A stretch of DNA of 64,000 nt, from NCBI GenBank assembly GCA_964016885.1, contig CAXHJY010000898.1:186001-250000 (forward strand), in the 5' to 3' direction. How positions within the stretch are numbered: the stretch's first letter is position 1; every line of letters starts with the position of its first letter. This DNA is from Eledone cirrhosa. Lineage: Eukaryota. The translations under genes were made by a program, and so were the position numbers. Shown piece by piece: positions 12,801-26,409 of the stretch. Under the pieces are notes generated by a model. The model worked only from the letters and a program-made list of their open reading frames with translations, was not told the DNA's origin and ran no database searches.

Positions 12801-13344
12801 TAGGATAGCTTAGGATAGCTTAGCTTAGGATAGCTTAGCTTAGGATAGCTTAGGATAGCTTAGCTTAGCTTAGCTTAGGATAGCTTAGCTTAGCTTAGCT
12901 TAGGATAGCTTAGCTTAGCTTAGCTTAGCTTAGGATAGCTTAGCTTAGCTTAGCTTAGGATAGCTTAGGATAGCTTAGCTTAGGATAGCTTAGGATAGCT
13001 TAGCTTAGGATAGCTTAGGATAGCTTAGCTTAGGATAGCTTAGGATAGCTTAGCTTAGGATAGCTTAGCTTAGGATAGCTTAGCTTAGCTTAGCTTAGGA
13101 TAGCTTAGCTTAGGATAGCTTAGGATAGCTTAGCTTAGGATAGCTTAGCTTAGGATAGCTTAGGATAGCTTAGCTTAGCTTAGCTTAGGATAGCTTAGCT
13201 TAGCTTAGCTTAGGATAGCTTAGCTTAGCTTAGGATAGCTTAGCTTAGCTTAGCTTAGGATAGCTTAGCTTAGCTTAGCTTAGGATAGCTTAGCTTAGCT
13301 TAGCTTAGGATAGCTTAGCTTAGCTTAGGATAGCTCAGCTTAGC

Positions 13345-13930
13345 TTAGCTTAGGATAGCTTAGCTTAGGTTAGCTTAGGATAGCTTAGGATAGCTTAGGA
13401 TAGCTTAGCTTAGCTTAGCTTAGGATAGCTTAGCTTAGCTTAGCTTAGGATAGCTTAGCTTAGCTTAGCTTAGGATAGCTTAGCTTAGCTTAGGATAGCT
13501 TAGCTTAGCTTAGCTTAGGATAGCTTAGCTTAGCTTAGGATAGCTTAGCTTAGCTTAGCTTAGGATAGCTTAGCTTTGCTTAGGATAGCTTAGCTTAGCT
13601 TAGCTTAGGATAGCTTAGCTTAGCTTAGCTTAGGATAGCTTAGCTTAGGTTAGCTTAGGATAGCTTAGGATAGCTTAGGATAGCTTAGCTTAGCTTAGCT
13701 TAGGATAGCTTAGCTTAGCTTAGCTTAGGATAGCTTAGCTTAGCTTAGCTTAGGATAGCTTAGCTTAGCTTAGGATAGCTTAGCTTAGCTTAGCTTAGCT
13801 TAGCTTAGGATAGCTTAGCTTAGCTTAGGATAGCTTAGCTTAGCTTAGCTTAGGATAGCTTAGCTTTGCTTAGGATAGCTTAGCTTAGCTTAGCTTAGGA
13901 TAGCTTAGCTTAGCTTAGCTTAGGATAGCT
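13345..13930 (+). repeat. Local ~280-290 bp tandem duplication
   Basis: TTAGGTTAGC followed by three decamers at 13365 and 13645; TTTGC at 13575 and 13865. Confidence 0.7.
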
Positions 13931-14164
13931 TAGCTTAGCTTAGCTTAGGATAGATTAGCTTAGCTTAGGATAGCTTAGCTTAGCTTAGCTTAGGAAAGCT
14001 TAGCTTAGCTTAGGATAGCTTAGCTTAGCTTAGCTTAGGAGAGCTTAGCTTAGCTTAGGATAGCTTAGCTTAGCTTAGCTTAGGATAGCTTAGCTTAGCT
14101 TAGGTAGCTTAGCTTAGCTTAGCTTAGGATAGCTTAGCTTAGCTTAGCTTAGCTTAGGATAGCT

Positions 14165-15840
14165 TAGCTTAGCTTAGCTTAGGATAGCTTAGCTTAGCTT
14201 AGCTTAGGATAGCTTAGGATAGCTTAGCTTAGGATAGCTTAGGATAGCTTACCTTAGGAGAGCTTAGCTTAGGATAGCTTAGCTTAGGATAGCTTAGGAT
14301 AGCTTAGCTTAGGATAGCTTAGCTTAGGATAGCTTAGCTTAGGATAGCTTAGGATAGCTTAGCTTAGCTTAGCTTAGGATAGCTTAGCTTAGCTTAGCTT
14401 AGGATAGCTTAGCTTAGGTTAGCTTAGCTTAGCTTAGCTTAGGATAGCTTAGCTTAGGATAGCTTAGGATAGCTTAGCTTAGGATAGCTTAGCTTAGGAT
14501 AGCTTAGCTTAGCTTTGCTTAGGATAGCTTAGCTTAGCTTAGCTTAGGATAGCTTAGCTTAGCTTAGCTTAGGATAGCTTAGCTTAGCTTAGCTTAGGAT
14601 AGCTTAGCTTAGCTTAGCTTAGGATAGCTTAGCTTAGCTTAGCTTAGTATAGCTTAGCTTAGCTTAGCTTAGGATCGCTTAGCTTAGCTTAGCTTAGGAT
14701 AGCTTAGCTTAGCTTAGGATAGCTTAGCTTAGCTTAGCTTAGGATAGCTTAGCTTAGCTTAGGATAGCTTAGGATAGCTTAGCTTAGGAGAGCTTAGCTT
14801 AGCTTAGCTTAGGATAGCTTAGCTTAGCTTAGCTTAGGATAGCTTAGCTTAACTTAGCTTAGGATAGCTTAGCTTAGCTTAACTTAGGATAGCTTAGCTT
14901 AGCTTAGCTTAGGATAGCTTAGCTTAGCTTAGCTTAGGATAGCTTAGCTTAGCTTAGCTTAGGATAGCTTAGGATAGCTTAGCTTAGGATAGCTTAGGAT
15001 AGCTTACCTTAGGAGAGCTTAGCTTAGGATAGCTTAGCTTAGGATAGCTTAGGATAGCTTAGCTTAGGATAGCTTAGCTTAGGATAGCTTAGCTTAGGAT
15101 AGCTTAGGATAGTTTAGCTTAGCTTAGCTTAGGATAGCTTAGCTTAGCTTAGCTTAGGATAGCTTAGCTTAGGTTAGCTTAGCTTAGCTTAGCTTAGGAT
15201 AGCTTAGCTTAGGATAGCTTAGGATAGCTTAGCTTAGGATAGCTTAGCTTAGGATAGCTTAGCTTAGCTTTGCTTAGGATAGCTTAGCTTAGCTTAGCTT
15301 AGGATAGCTTAGCTTAGCTTAGCTTAGGATAGCTTAGCTTAGCTTAGCTTAGGATAGCTTAGCTTAGCTTAGCTTAGGATAGCTTAGCTTAGCTTAGCTT
15401 AGGATAGCTTAGCTTAGCTTAGCTTAGGATCGCTTAGCTTAGCTTAGCTTAGGATAGCTTAGCTTAGCTTAGGATAGCTTAGCTTAGCTTAGCTTAGGAT
15501 AGCTTAGCTTAGCTTAGGATAGCTTAGGATAGCTTAGCTTAGGAGAGCTTAGCTTAGCTTAGCTTAGGATAGCTTAGCTTAGCTTAGCTTAGGATAGCTT
15601 AGCTTAACTTAGCTTAGGATAGCTTAGCTTAGCTTAACTTAGGATAGCTTAGCTTAGCTTAGCTTAGGATAGCTTAGCTTAGCTTAGCTTAGGATAGCTT
15701 AGCTTAGCTTAGCTTAGGATAGCTTAGGATAGCTTAGCTTAGGATAGCTTAGGATAGCTTACCTTAGGAGAGCTTAGCTTAGGATAGCTTAGCTTAGGAT
15801 AGCTTAGGATAGCTTAGCTTAGGATAGCTTAGCTTAGGAT
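14165..15840 (+). repeat. 755-bp tandem duplication (about 2.2 copies)
   Basis: TTACC at 14249, 15004 and 15759; TTTGC 14514/15269; ATCGC 14674/15429; TTAAC 14849/15604. All offsets are exactly 755. Confidence 0.88.
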
Positions 15841-18800
15841 AGCTTAGGATAGCTTAGCTTAGCTTAGCTTAGGATAGCTTAGCTTAGCTTAGCTTAGGAT
15901 AGCTTAGCTTAGCTTAGCTTAGGATAGCTTAGCTTAGCTTAGCTTAGGATAGCTTAGGATAGCTTAGCTTAGGATAGCTTAGGATAGCTTAGCTTAGGAT
16001 AGCTTAGGATAGCTTAGCTTAGGATAGCTTAGCTTAGGATAGCTTAGCTTAGGATAGCTTAGGATAGCTTAGCTTAGGATAGCTTAGGATAGCTTAGCTT
16101 AGGATAGCTTAGCTTAGGATAGCTTAGGATAGCTTAGCTTAACTTAGCTTAGGATAGCTTAGCTTAGCTTAGCTTAGGATAGCTTAGCTTAGCTTAGCTT
16201 AGGATAGCTTAGCTTAGCTTAGCTTAGGATAGCTTAGGATAGCTTAGCTTAGGATAGCTTAGGATAGCTTAGCTTAGGATAGCTTAGGATAGTTTAGCTT
16301 AGGATAGCTTAGCTTAGGATAGCTTAGGATAGCTTAGCTTAGCTTAGCTTAGGATAGCTTAGGATAGCTTAGCTTAGGATAGCTTAGGATAGCTTAGCTT
16401 AGGATAGATTAGGATAGCTTAGCTTAGGATAGCTTAGGATAGCTTAGCTTAGGATAGCTTAGCTTAGGATAGCTTAGCTTAGCTTAGCTTAGGATAGCTT
16501 AGCTTGGGATAGCTTAGGATAGCTTAGCTTAGGATAGCTTAGCTTAGGATAGCTTAGGATAGCTTAGCTTAGCTTAGCTTAGGATAGCTTAGCTTAGCTT
16601 AGCTTAGGATAGCTTAGCTTAGCTTAGGATAGCTTAGCTTAGCTTAGCTTAGGATAGCTTAGCTTAGCTTAGCTTAGGATTGCTTAGCTTAGCTTAGCTT
16701 AGGATAGCTTAGCTTAGCTTAGCTTAGGATAGCTTAGCTTAGCTTAGCTTAGGATAGCTTAGCTTAGCTTAGCTTAGAATAGCTTAGCTTAGGATAGCTT
16801 AGCTTAGGATAGCTTAGCTTAGGATAGCTTAGCTTAGGATAGCTTAGGATAGCTTAGCTTAGGATAGCTTAGGATAGCTTAGCTTAGGATAGCTTAGCTT
16901 AGCTTAGCTTAGGATAGCTTAGCTTAGCTTAGGATAGCTTAGCTTAGCTTAGCTTAGGATAGCTTAGCTTAGGATAGCTTAGGAAAGCTTAGCTTAGCTT
17001 AGCTTAGGATAGCTTAGCTTAGCTTAGCTTAGGATAGCTTAGCTTAGCTTAGGATAGCTTAGCTTAGCTTAGGATAGCTTAGCTTAGCTTAGTTTAGGAT
17101 AGCTTAGCTTAGCTTAGCTTAGGATAGCTTAGCTTGGCTTAGCTTAGGATAGCTTAGCTTAGCTTAGCTTAGGATAGCTTAGCTTAGGATAGCTTAGCTT
17201 AGCTTAGCTTAGGATAGCTTAGCTTAGCTTAGCTTAGGATAGCTTAGCTTAGGATAGCTTAGCTTAGCTTAGCTTAGGATAGCTTAGCATAGCTTAGCTT
17301 AGGATAGCTTAGCTTAGCTTAGCTTAGGATAGCTTAGCTTAGCTTAGCTTAGGATAGCTTAGCTTAGCTTAGCTTAGGATAGCTTAGCTTAGCTTAGCTT
17401 AGGATAGCTTAGCTTAGCTTAGCTTAGGATAGCTTAGCATAGCTTAGCTTAGGATAGCTTAGCTTAGCTTAGCTTAGGATAGCTTAGCTTAGCTTAGGAT
17501 AGCTTAGCTTAGCTTGGCTTAGGATAGCTTAGCTTAGCTTGGCTTAGGATAGCTTAGCTTAGCTCAGCTTAGGATAGCTTAGCTTAGGATAGCTTAGGAT
17601 AGCTTAGCTTAGCTTAGCTTAGGATAGCTTAGCTTAGTTTAGGATAGCTTAGCTTAGCTTAGCTTAGGATAGCTTAGGATAGCTTAGCTTAGGATAGCTT
17701 AGGATAGCTTAGCTTAGGATAGCTTAGGATAGCTTAGCTTAGGATAGCTTAGGATAGCTTAGGTTAGGATAGCTTAGCTTAGGATAGCTTAGGATAGCTT
17801 AGCTTAGGATAGCTTAGGATAGCTTAGCTTAGGATAGCTTAGGATAGCTTAGCTTAGGATAGCTTAGCTTAGGATAGCTTAGGAAAGCTTAGCTTAGCTT
17901 AGCTTAGGATAGCTTAGCTTAGCTTAGCTTAGGATAGCTTAGCTTAGCTTAGCTTAGGATAGCTTAGGATAGCTTAGCTTAGGATAGCTTAGGATAGCTT
18001 AGCTTAGGATAGCTTAGCTTAGGATAGCTTAGCTTAGGATAGCTTAGGATAGCTTAGCTTAGGATAGCTTAGGATAGCTTAGCTTAGGATAGCTTAGCTT
18101 AGGATAGCTTAGGATAGCTTAGCTTAGCTTAGCTTAGGATAGCTTAGCTTAGCTTAGGATAGCTTAGCTTAGCTTAGCTTAGCTTAGGATAGCTTAGCTT
18201 AGCTTAGGATAGCTTAGGATAGCTTAGCTTAGGATAGCTTAGGATAGCTTAGCTTAGGATAGCTTAGGATAGCTTAGCTTAGGATAGCTTAGCTTAGGAT
18301 AGCTTAGCTTAGCTTAGCTTAGGATAGCTTAGCTTAGGATAGCTTAGGATATCTTAGGTTAGGATAGCTTAGCTTAGGATAGCTTAGGATAGATTAGCTT
18401 AGCTTAGCTTAGGATAGCTTAGCTTAGCTTAGCTTAGGATAGCTTAGCTTAGCTTAGGATAGCTTAGCTTAGCTTAGCTTAGGATAGCTTAGCTTAGCTT
18501 AGCTTAGGATAGCTTAGCTTAGCTTAGGATAGCTTAGCTTAGCTTAGCTTAGGATAGCTTAGCTTAGCTTAGCTTAGGATAGCTTAGCTTAGGATAGCTT
18601 AGCTTAGGATAGCTTAGCTTAGGTTAGCTTAGCTTAGCTTAGCTTAGGATAGCTTAGGATAGCTTAGCTTAGGATAACTTAGCTTAGCTTAGCTTAGGAT
18701 AGCTTAGCTTAGCTTAGCTTAGGATAGCTTAGCTTAGCTTAGCTTAGGATAGCTTAGCTTAGGATAGCTTAGGATTGCTTAGCTTAGCTTAGCTTAGGAT

Positions 18801-21800
18801 AGCTTAGCTTAGCTTAGCTTAGGATAGCTTAGCTTAGCTTAGGATAGCTTAGCTTAGCTTAGCTTAGGATAGCTTAGCTTAGCTTAGCTTAGGATAGCTT
18901 AGCTTAGCTTAGCTTAGGATAGCTAAGGATAGCTTAGGATAGCTTAGCTTAGCTTAGCTTAGGATAGCTTAGCTTAGCTTAGGATAGCTTAGCTTAGCTT
19001 AGCTTAGGATAGCTTAGCTTAGCTTAGGATAGCTTAGCTTAGCTTAGCTTAGGATAGCTTAGCTTAGCTTAGCTTAGGATAGCTTAGCTTAGCTTAGCTT
19101 AGGATAGCTTAGCTTAGCTTAGCTTAGGATAGCTTAGCTTAGCTTAGCTTAGGATAGATTAGCTTAGCTTAGGATAGCTTAGCTTAGCTTAGCTTAGGAA
19201 AGCTTAGCTTAGCTTAGGATAGCTTAGCTTAGCTTAGCTTAGGAGAGCTTAGCTTAGCTTAGCTTAGGATAGCTTAGCTTAGCTTAGCTTAGGATAGCTT
19301 AGCTTAGCTTAGGTAGCTTAGCTTAGCTTAGCTTAGGATAGCTTAGCTTAGCTTAGCTTAGCTTAGGATAGCTTAGCTTAGCTTAGCTTAGGAGAGCTTA
19401 GCTTAGCTTAGCTTAGGGTAGCTTAGGATAGCTTAGCTTAGGATAGCTTAGGATAGCTTACCTTAGGAGAGCTTAGCTTAGGATAGCTTAGCTTAGGATA
19501 GCTTAGGATAGCTTAGCTTAGGATAGCTTAGCTTAGGATAGCTTAGCTTAGGATAGCTTAGGATAGCTTAGCTTAGCTTAGCTTAGGATAGCTTAGCTTA
19601 GCTTAGCTTAGGATAGCTTAGCTTAGGTTAGCTTAGCTTAGCTTAGCTTAGCTTAGGATAGCTTAGCTTAGGATAGCTTAGGATAGCTTAGGATAGCTTA
19701 GCTTAGGATAGCTTAGCTTAGGATAGCTTAGGATAGCTTAGCTTAGGATAGCTTAGGATAGCTTAGCTTAGGATAGCTTAGCTTAGGATAGCTTAGGATA
19801 GCTTAGCTTAGCTTAGCTTAGGATAGCTTAGCTTAGCTTAGCTTAGGATAGCTTAGCTTAGCTTAGGATTGCTTAGCTTAGCTTAGCTTAGGATAGCTTA
19901 GGATAGCTTAGCTTAGGATAGCTTAGCTTAGGATAGCTTAGGATAGCTTAGGATAGCTTAGCTTAGCTTAGCTTAGGATAGCTTAGCTTAGCTTAGCTTA
20001 GGATAGCTTAGCTTAGCTTAGGATAGCTTAGCTTAGCTTAGGATAGCTTAGCTTAGCTTAGCTTAGGATAGCTTAGCTTAGCTTAGCTTAGGACAGCTTA
20101 GCTTAGCTTAGCTTAGGATAGCTTAGCTTAGCTTAGGATAGCTTAGCTTAGCTTAGCTTAGGATAGCTTAGCTTAGGATAGCTTAGCTTAGGATAGCTTA
20201 GCATGGGTTAGCTTAGCTTAGCTTAGCTTAGGATAGCTTAGGATAGCTTAGCTTAGGATAGCTTAGCTTAGCTTAGCTTAGGATAGCTTAGCTTAGCTTA
20301 GCTTAGGATAGCTTAGCTTAGCTTAGCTTAGCTTAGGATAGCTTAGCTTAGCTTAGCTTAGGATAGCTTAGCTTAGCTTAGGATAGTTTAGCTTAGCTTA
20401 GCTTAGGATAGCTTAGCTTAGCTTAGCTTAGGATAGCTTAGCTTAGCTTAGGATAGCTTAGCTTAGCTTAGCTTAGGATAGCTTAGCTTAGCTTAGCTTA
20501 GGATAGCTTAGCTTAGCTTAGGATAGCTTAGCTTAGCTTAGGATAGCTTAGCTTAGCTTAGCTTAGGATAGCTTAGCTTAGCTTAGCTTAGGATAGCTTA
20601 GCTTAGGATAGCTTAGCTTAGCTTAGCTTAGGATAGCTTAGCTTAGCTTAGCTTAGGATAGCTTAGCTTAGCTTAGCTTAGGATAGCTTAGCTTAGCTTA
20701 GCTTAGGATAGCTTAGCTTGGCTTAGCTTAGGATAGCTTAGCTTAGCTTAGCTTAGGATAGCTTAGCTTAGCTTAGCTTAGGATAGCTTAGCTTAGCTTA
20801 GCTTAGGATAGCTTAGCTTAGCTTAGCTTAGGATTGCTTAGCTTAGCTTGGCTTAGGATAGCTTAGCTTAGCTTGGCTTAGGATAGCTTAGCTTAGCTTA
20901 GCTTAGGATAGCTTAGCTTAGCTTAGCTTAGGATAGCTTAGCTTAGCTTAGCTTAGGATAGCTTAGCTTAGCTTAGGATAGCTTAGCTTAGTTTAGGATA
21001 GCTTAGCTTAGCTTAGCTTAGGATAGCTTAGGATAGCTTAGCTTAGGATAGCTTAGGATAGCTTAGCTTAGGATAGCTTAGGATAGCTTAGGTTAGGATA
21101 GCTTAGCTTAGGATAGCTTAGGATAGCTTAGCTTAGGATAGCTTAGGATAGCTTAGCTTAGGATAGCTTAGGATAGCTTAGCTTAGGATAGCTTAGCTTA
21201 GGATAGCTTAGGAAAGCTTAGCTTAGCTTAGCTTAGGATAGCTTAGCTTAGCTTAGCTTAGGATAGCTTAGCTTAGCTTAGCTTAGGATAGCTTAGGATA
21301 GCTTAGCTTAGGATAGCTTAGGATAGCTTAGCTTAGGATAGCTTAGCTTAGGATAGCTTAGCTTAGGATAGCTTAGCTTAGGATAGCTTAGGATAGCTTA
21401 GCTTAGGATAGCTTAGGATAGCTTAGCTTAGGATAGCTTAGCTTAGGATAGCTTAGGATAGCTTAGCTTAGCTTAGCTTAGGAAAGCTTAGCTTAGCTTA
21501 GCTTAGTATAGCTTAGCTTAGCTTAGCTTAGCTTAGGATAGCTTAGCTTAGCTTAGCTTAGGATAGCTTAGGATAGCTTAGCTTAGGATAGCTTAGGATA
21601 GCTTAGCTTAGGATAGCTTAGGATAGCTTAGCTTAGGATAGCTTAGGATAGCTTAGCTTAGGATAGCTTAGCTTAGGATAGCTTAGCTTAGCTTAGCTTA
21701 GGATAGCTTAGCTTAGGATAGCTTAGGATAGCTTAGCTTAGGATAGCTTAGCTTAGGATAGCTTAGGATAGCTTAGCTTAGCTTAGCTTAGGATAGCTTA

Positions 21801-24800
21801 GCTTAGCTTAGCTTAGGATAGCTTAGCTTAGCTTAGGATAGCTTAGCTTAGCTTAGCTTAGGATAGCTTAGCTTAGCTTAGCTTAGGATAGCTTAGCTTA
21901 GCTTAGCTTAGGATAGCTTAGCTTAGCTTAGCTTAGGATAGCTTAGCTTAGCTTAGGATAGCTTAGCTTAGGATAGCTTAGGATAGCTTAGCTTAGGATA
22001 GCTTAGCTTAGGATAGCTTAGCTTAGGTTAGCTTAGCTTAGCTTAGCTTAGGATAGCTTAGGATAGCTTAGCTTAGGATAGCTTAGCTTAGCTTAGCTTA
22101 GGATAGCTTAGCTTAGCTTAGCTTAGGATAGCTTAGCTTAGCTTAGGATAGCTTAGCTTAGGATAGCTTAGGATAGCTTAGCTTAGCTTAGCTTAGGAAA
22201 GCTTAGCTTAGCTTAGCTTAGGATAGCTTAGCTTAGCTTAGGATAGCTTAGCTTAGCTTAGCTTAGGATAGCTTAGCTTAGCTTAGCTTAGGATAGCTTA
22301 GCTTAGGTTAGCTTAGGATAGCTTAGGATAGCTTAGGATAGCTTAGCTTAGCTTAGCTTAGCTTAGGATAGCTTAGCTTAGCTTAGCTTAGGATAGCTTA
22401 GCTTAGCTTAGCTTAGGATAGCTTAGCTTAGCTTAGGATAGCTTAGCTTAGCTTAGGATAGCTTAGCTTAGCTTAGGATAGCTTAGCTTAGCTTAGCTTA
22501 GGATAGCTTAGCTTAGCTTAGCTTAGGATAGCTTAGCTTAGCTTAGCTTAGGATAGCTTAGCTTAGCTTAGCTTAGGATAGCTTAGCTTAGCTTAGCTTA
22601 GGATAGATTAGCTTAGCTTAGGATAGCTTAGCTTAGCTTAGCTTAGGAAAGCTTAGCTTAGCTTAGGATAGCTTAGCTTAGCTTAGCTTAGGAGAGCTTA
22701 GCTTAGCTTAGCTTAGGAAAACTTAGCTTAGCTTAGCTTAGCTTAGGATAGCTTAGCTTAGCTTAGCTTAGGTAGCTTAGCTTAGCTTAGCTTAGGATAG
22801 CTTAGCTTAGCTTAGCTTAGCTTAGCTTAGGATAGCTTAGCTTAGCTTAGCTTAGGAGAGCTTAGCTTAGCTTAGGATAGCTTAGGATAGCTTAGCTTAG
22901 GATAGCTTAGGATAGCTTACCTTAGGAGAGCTTAGCTTAGGATAGCTTAGCTTAGGATAGCTTAGGATAGCTTAGCTTAGGATAGCTTAGCTTAGGATAG
23001 CTTAGCTTAGGATAGCTTAGGATAGCTTAGCTTAGCTTAGCTTAGGATAGCTTAGCTTAGCTTAGCTTAGGATAGCTTAGCTTAGGTTAGCTTAGCTTAG
23101 GATAGCTTAGGATAGCTTAGCTTAGGATAGCTTAGGATAGCTTAGCTTAGGATAGCTTAGGATAGCTTAGCTTAGGAGAGCTTAGCTTAGGATAGCTTAG
23201 GATAGCTTAGCTTAGGATAGCTTAGGATAGCTTAGCTTAGGATAGCTTAGGATAGCTTAGCTTAGGATAGCTTAGCTTAGGATAGCTTAGGATAGCTTAG
23301 CTTAGCTTAGCTTAGGATAGCTTAGCTTAGCTTAGCTTAGGATAGCTTAGCTTAGCTTAGCTTAGGATAGCTTAGCTTAGCTTAGCTTAGGATAGCTTAG
23401 GATAGCTTAGCTTAGGATAGCTTAGGATAGCTTAGCTTAGGATAGCTTAGGATAGCTTAGGATAGCTTAGCTTAGCTTAGCTTAGGATAGCTTAGCTTAG
23501 CTTAGCTTAGGATAGCTTAGCTTAGCTTAGCTTAGGATAGCTTAGCTTAGCTTAGGATAGCTTAGCTTAGCTTAGCTTAGGATAGCTTAGCTTAGCTTAG
23601 GATAGCTTAGCTTAGCTTAGCTTAGGATAGCTTAGCTTAGCTTAGGATAGCTTAGCTTAGCTTAGCTTAGGATAGCTTAGCTTAGCTTAGCTTAGGATAG
23701 CTTAGCTTAGGATAGCTTAGCTTAGGATAGCTTAGCTTAGGTTAGCTTAGCTTAGCTTAGCTTAGGATAGCTTAGGATAGCTTAGCTTAGGATAGCTTAG
23801 CTTAGCTTAGCTTAGGATAGCTTAGCTTAGCTTAGCTTAGGATAGCTTAGCTTAGCTTAGCTTAGGATAGCTTAGCTTAGGATAGCTTAGGATAGCTTAG
23901 CTTAGCTTAGCTTAGGATAGCTTAGCTTAGCTTAGCTTAGGATAGCTTAGCTTAGCTTAGGATAGCTTAGCTTAGCTTAGCTTAGGATAGCTTAGCTTAG
24001 CTTAGCTTAGGATAGCTTAGCTTAGCTTAGGATAGCTTAGGATAGCTTAGGATAGCTTAGCTTAGCTTAGCTTAGGATAGCTTAGCTTAGCTTAGCTTAG
24101 GATAGCTTAGCTTAGCTTAGCTTAGGATAGCTTAGCTTAGCTTAGGATAGCTTAGCTTAACTTAGCTTAGGATAGCTTAGCTTAGCTTAGCTTAGGATAG
24201 CTTAGCTTAGCTTAGCTTAGGATAGCTTAGCTTAGCTTAGCTTAGGATAGCTTAGCTTAGCTTAGCTTAGGAGAGCTTAGCTTAGCTTAGCTTAGGATAG
24301 ATTAGCTTAGCTTAGGATAGCTTAGCTTAGCTTAGCTTAGGAAAGCTTAGCTTAGCTTAGGATAGCTTAGCTTAGCTTAGCTTAGGAGAGCTTAGCTTAG
24401 CTTAGGATAGCTTAGCTTAGCTTAGCTTAGGATAGCTTAGCTTAGCTTAGCTTAGGTAGCTTAGCTTAGCTTAGCTTAGGATAGCTTAGCTTAGCTTAGC
24501 TTAGCTTAGGATAGCTTAGCTTAGCTTAGCTTAGGATAGCTTAGCTTAGCTTAGCTTAGGATAGCTTAGGATAGCTTAGCTTAGGATAGCTTAGGATAGC
24601 TTACCTTAGGAGAGCTTAGCTTAGGATAGCTTAGCTTAGGATAGCTTAGGATAGCTTAGCTTAGGATAGCTTAGCTTAGGATAGCTTAGCTTAGGATAGC
24701 TTAGGATAGCTTAGCTTAGCTTAGCTTAGGATAGCTTAGCTTAGCTTAGCTTAGGATAGCTTAGCTTAGGTTAGCTTAGCTTAGCTTAGCTTAGGATAGC

Positions 24801-26409
24801 TTAGCTTAGGATAGCTTAGGATAGCTTAGCTTAGGATAGCTTAGCTTAGGATAGCTTAGCTTAGCTTTGCTTAGGATAGCTTAGCTTAGCTTAGCTTAGG
24901 ATAGCTTAGCTTAGCTTAGCTTAGGATAGCTTAGCTTAGCTTAGCTTAGGATAGCTTAGCTTAGCTTAGCTTAGGATAGCTTAGCTTAGCTTAGCTTAGG
25001 ATAGCTTAGCTTAGCTTAGCTTAGGATCGCTTAGCTTAGCTTAGCTTAGGATAGCTTAGCTTAGCTTAGGATAGCTTAGCTTAGCTTAGCTTAGGATAGC
25101 TTAGCTTAGCTTAGGATAGCTTAGGATAGCTTAGCTTAGGAGAGCTTAGCTTAGCTTAGCTTAGGATAGCTTAGCTTAGCTTAGCTTAGGATAGCTTAGC
25201 TTAACTTAGCTTAGGATAGCTTAGCTTAGCTTAACTTAGGATAGCTTAGCTTAGCTTAGCTTAGGATAGCTTAGCTTAGCTTAGCTTAGGATAGCTTAGC
25301 TTAGCTTAGCTTAGGATAGCTTAGGATAGCTTAGCTTAGGATAGCTTAGGATAGCTTACCTTAGGAGAGCTTAGCTTAGGATAGCTTAGCTTAGGATAGC
25401 TTAGGATAGCTTAGCTTAGGATAGCTTAGCTTAGGATAGCTTAGCTTAGGATAGCTTAGGATAGCTTAGCTTAGCTTAGCTTAGGATAGCTTAGCTTAGC
25501 TTAGCTTAGGATAGCTTAGCTTAGCTTAGCTAAGGATAGCTTAGCTTAGCTTAGCTTAGGATAGCTTAGGATAGCTTAGCTTAGGATAGCTTAGGATAGC
25601 TTAGCTTAGGATAGCTTAGGATAGCTTAGCTTAGGATAGCTTAGCTTAGGATAGCTTAGCTTAGGATAGCTTAGGATAGCTTAGCTTAGGATAGCTTAGG
25701 ATAGCTTAGCTTAGGATAGCTTAGCTTAGGATAGCTTAGGATAGCTTAGCTTAACTTAGCTTAGGAAAGCTTAGCTTAGCTTAGCTTAGGATAGCTTAGC
25801 TTAGCTTAGCTTAGGATAGCTTAGCTTAGCTTAGCTTAGGATAGCTTAGGATAGCTTAGCTTAGGATAGCTTAGCTTAGGATAGCTTAGGATTGTTTAGC
25901 TTAGGATAGCTTAGCTTAGGATAGCTTAGGATAGCTTAGCTTAGCTTAGCTTAGGATAGCTTAGGATAGCTTAGCTTAGGATAGCTTAGGATAGCTTAGC
26001 TTAGGATAGATTAGGATAGCTTAGCTTAGGATAGCTTAGGATAGCTTAGCTTAGGATAGCTTAGCTTAGGATAGCTTAGCTTAGCTTAGCTTAGGATAGC
26101 TTAGCTTGGGATAGCTTAGGATAGCTTAGCTTAGGATAGCTTAGGATAGCTTAGCTTAGCTTAGCTTAGGATAGCTTAGCTTAGCTTAGCTTAGGATAGC
26201 TTAGCTTAGCTTAGGATAGCTTAGCTTAGCTTAGCTTAGGATAGCTTAGCTTAGCTTAGCTTAGGATTGCTTAGCTTAGCTTAGCTTAGGATAGCTTAGC
26301 TTAGCTTAGCTTAGGATAGCTTAGCTTAGCTTAGCTTAGGATAGCTTAGCTTAGCTTAGCTTAGAATAGCTTAGCTTAGGATAGCTTAGCTTAGGATAGC
26401 TTAGCTTAG

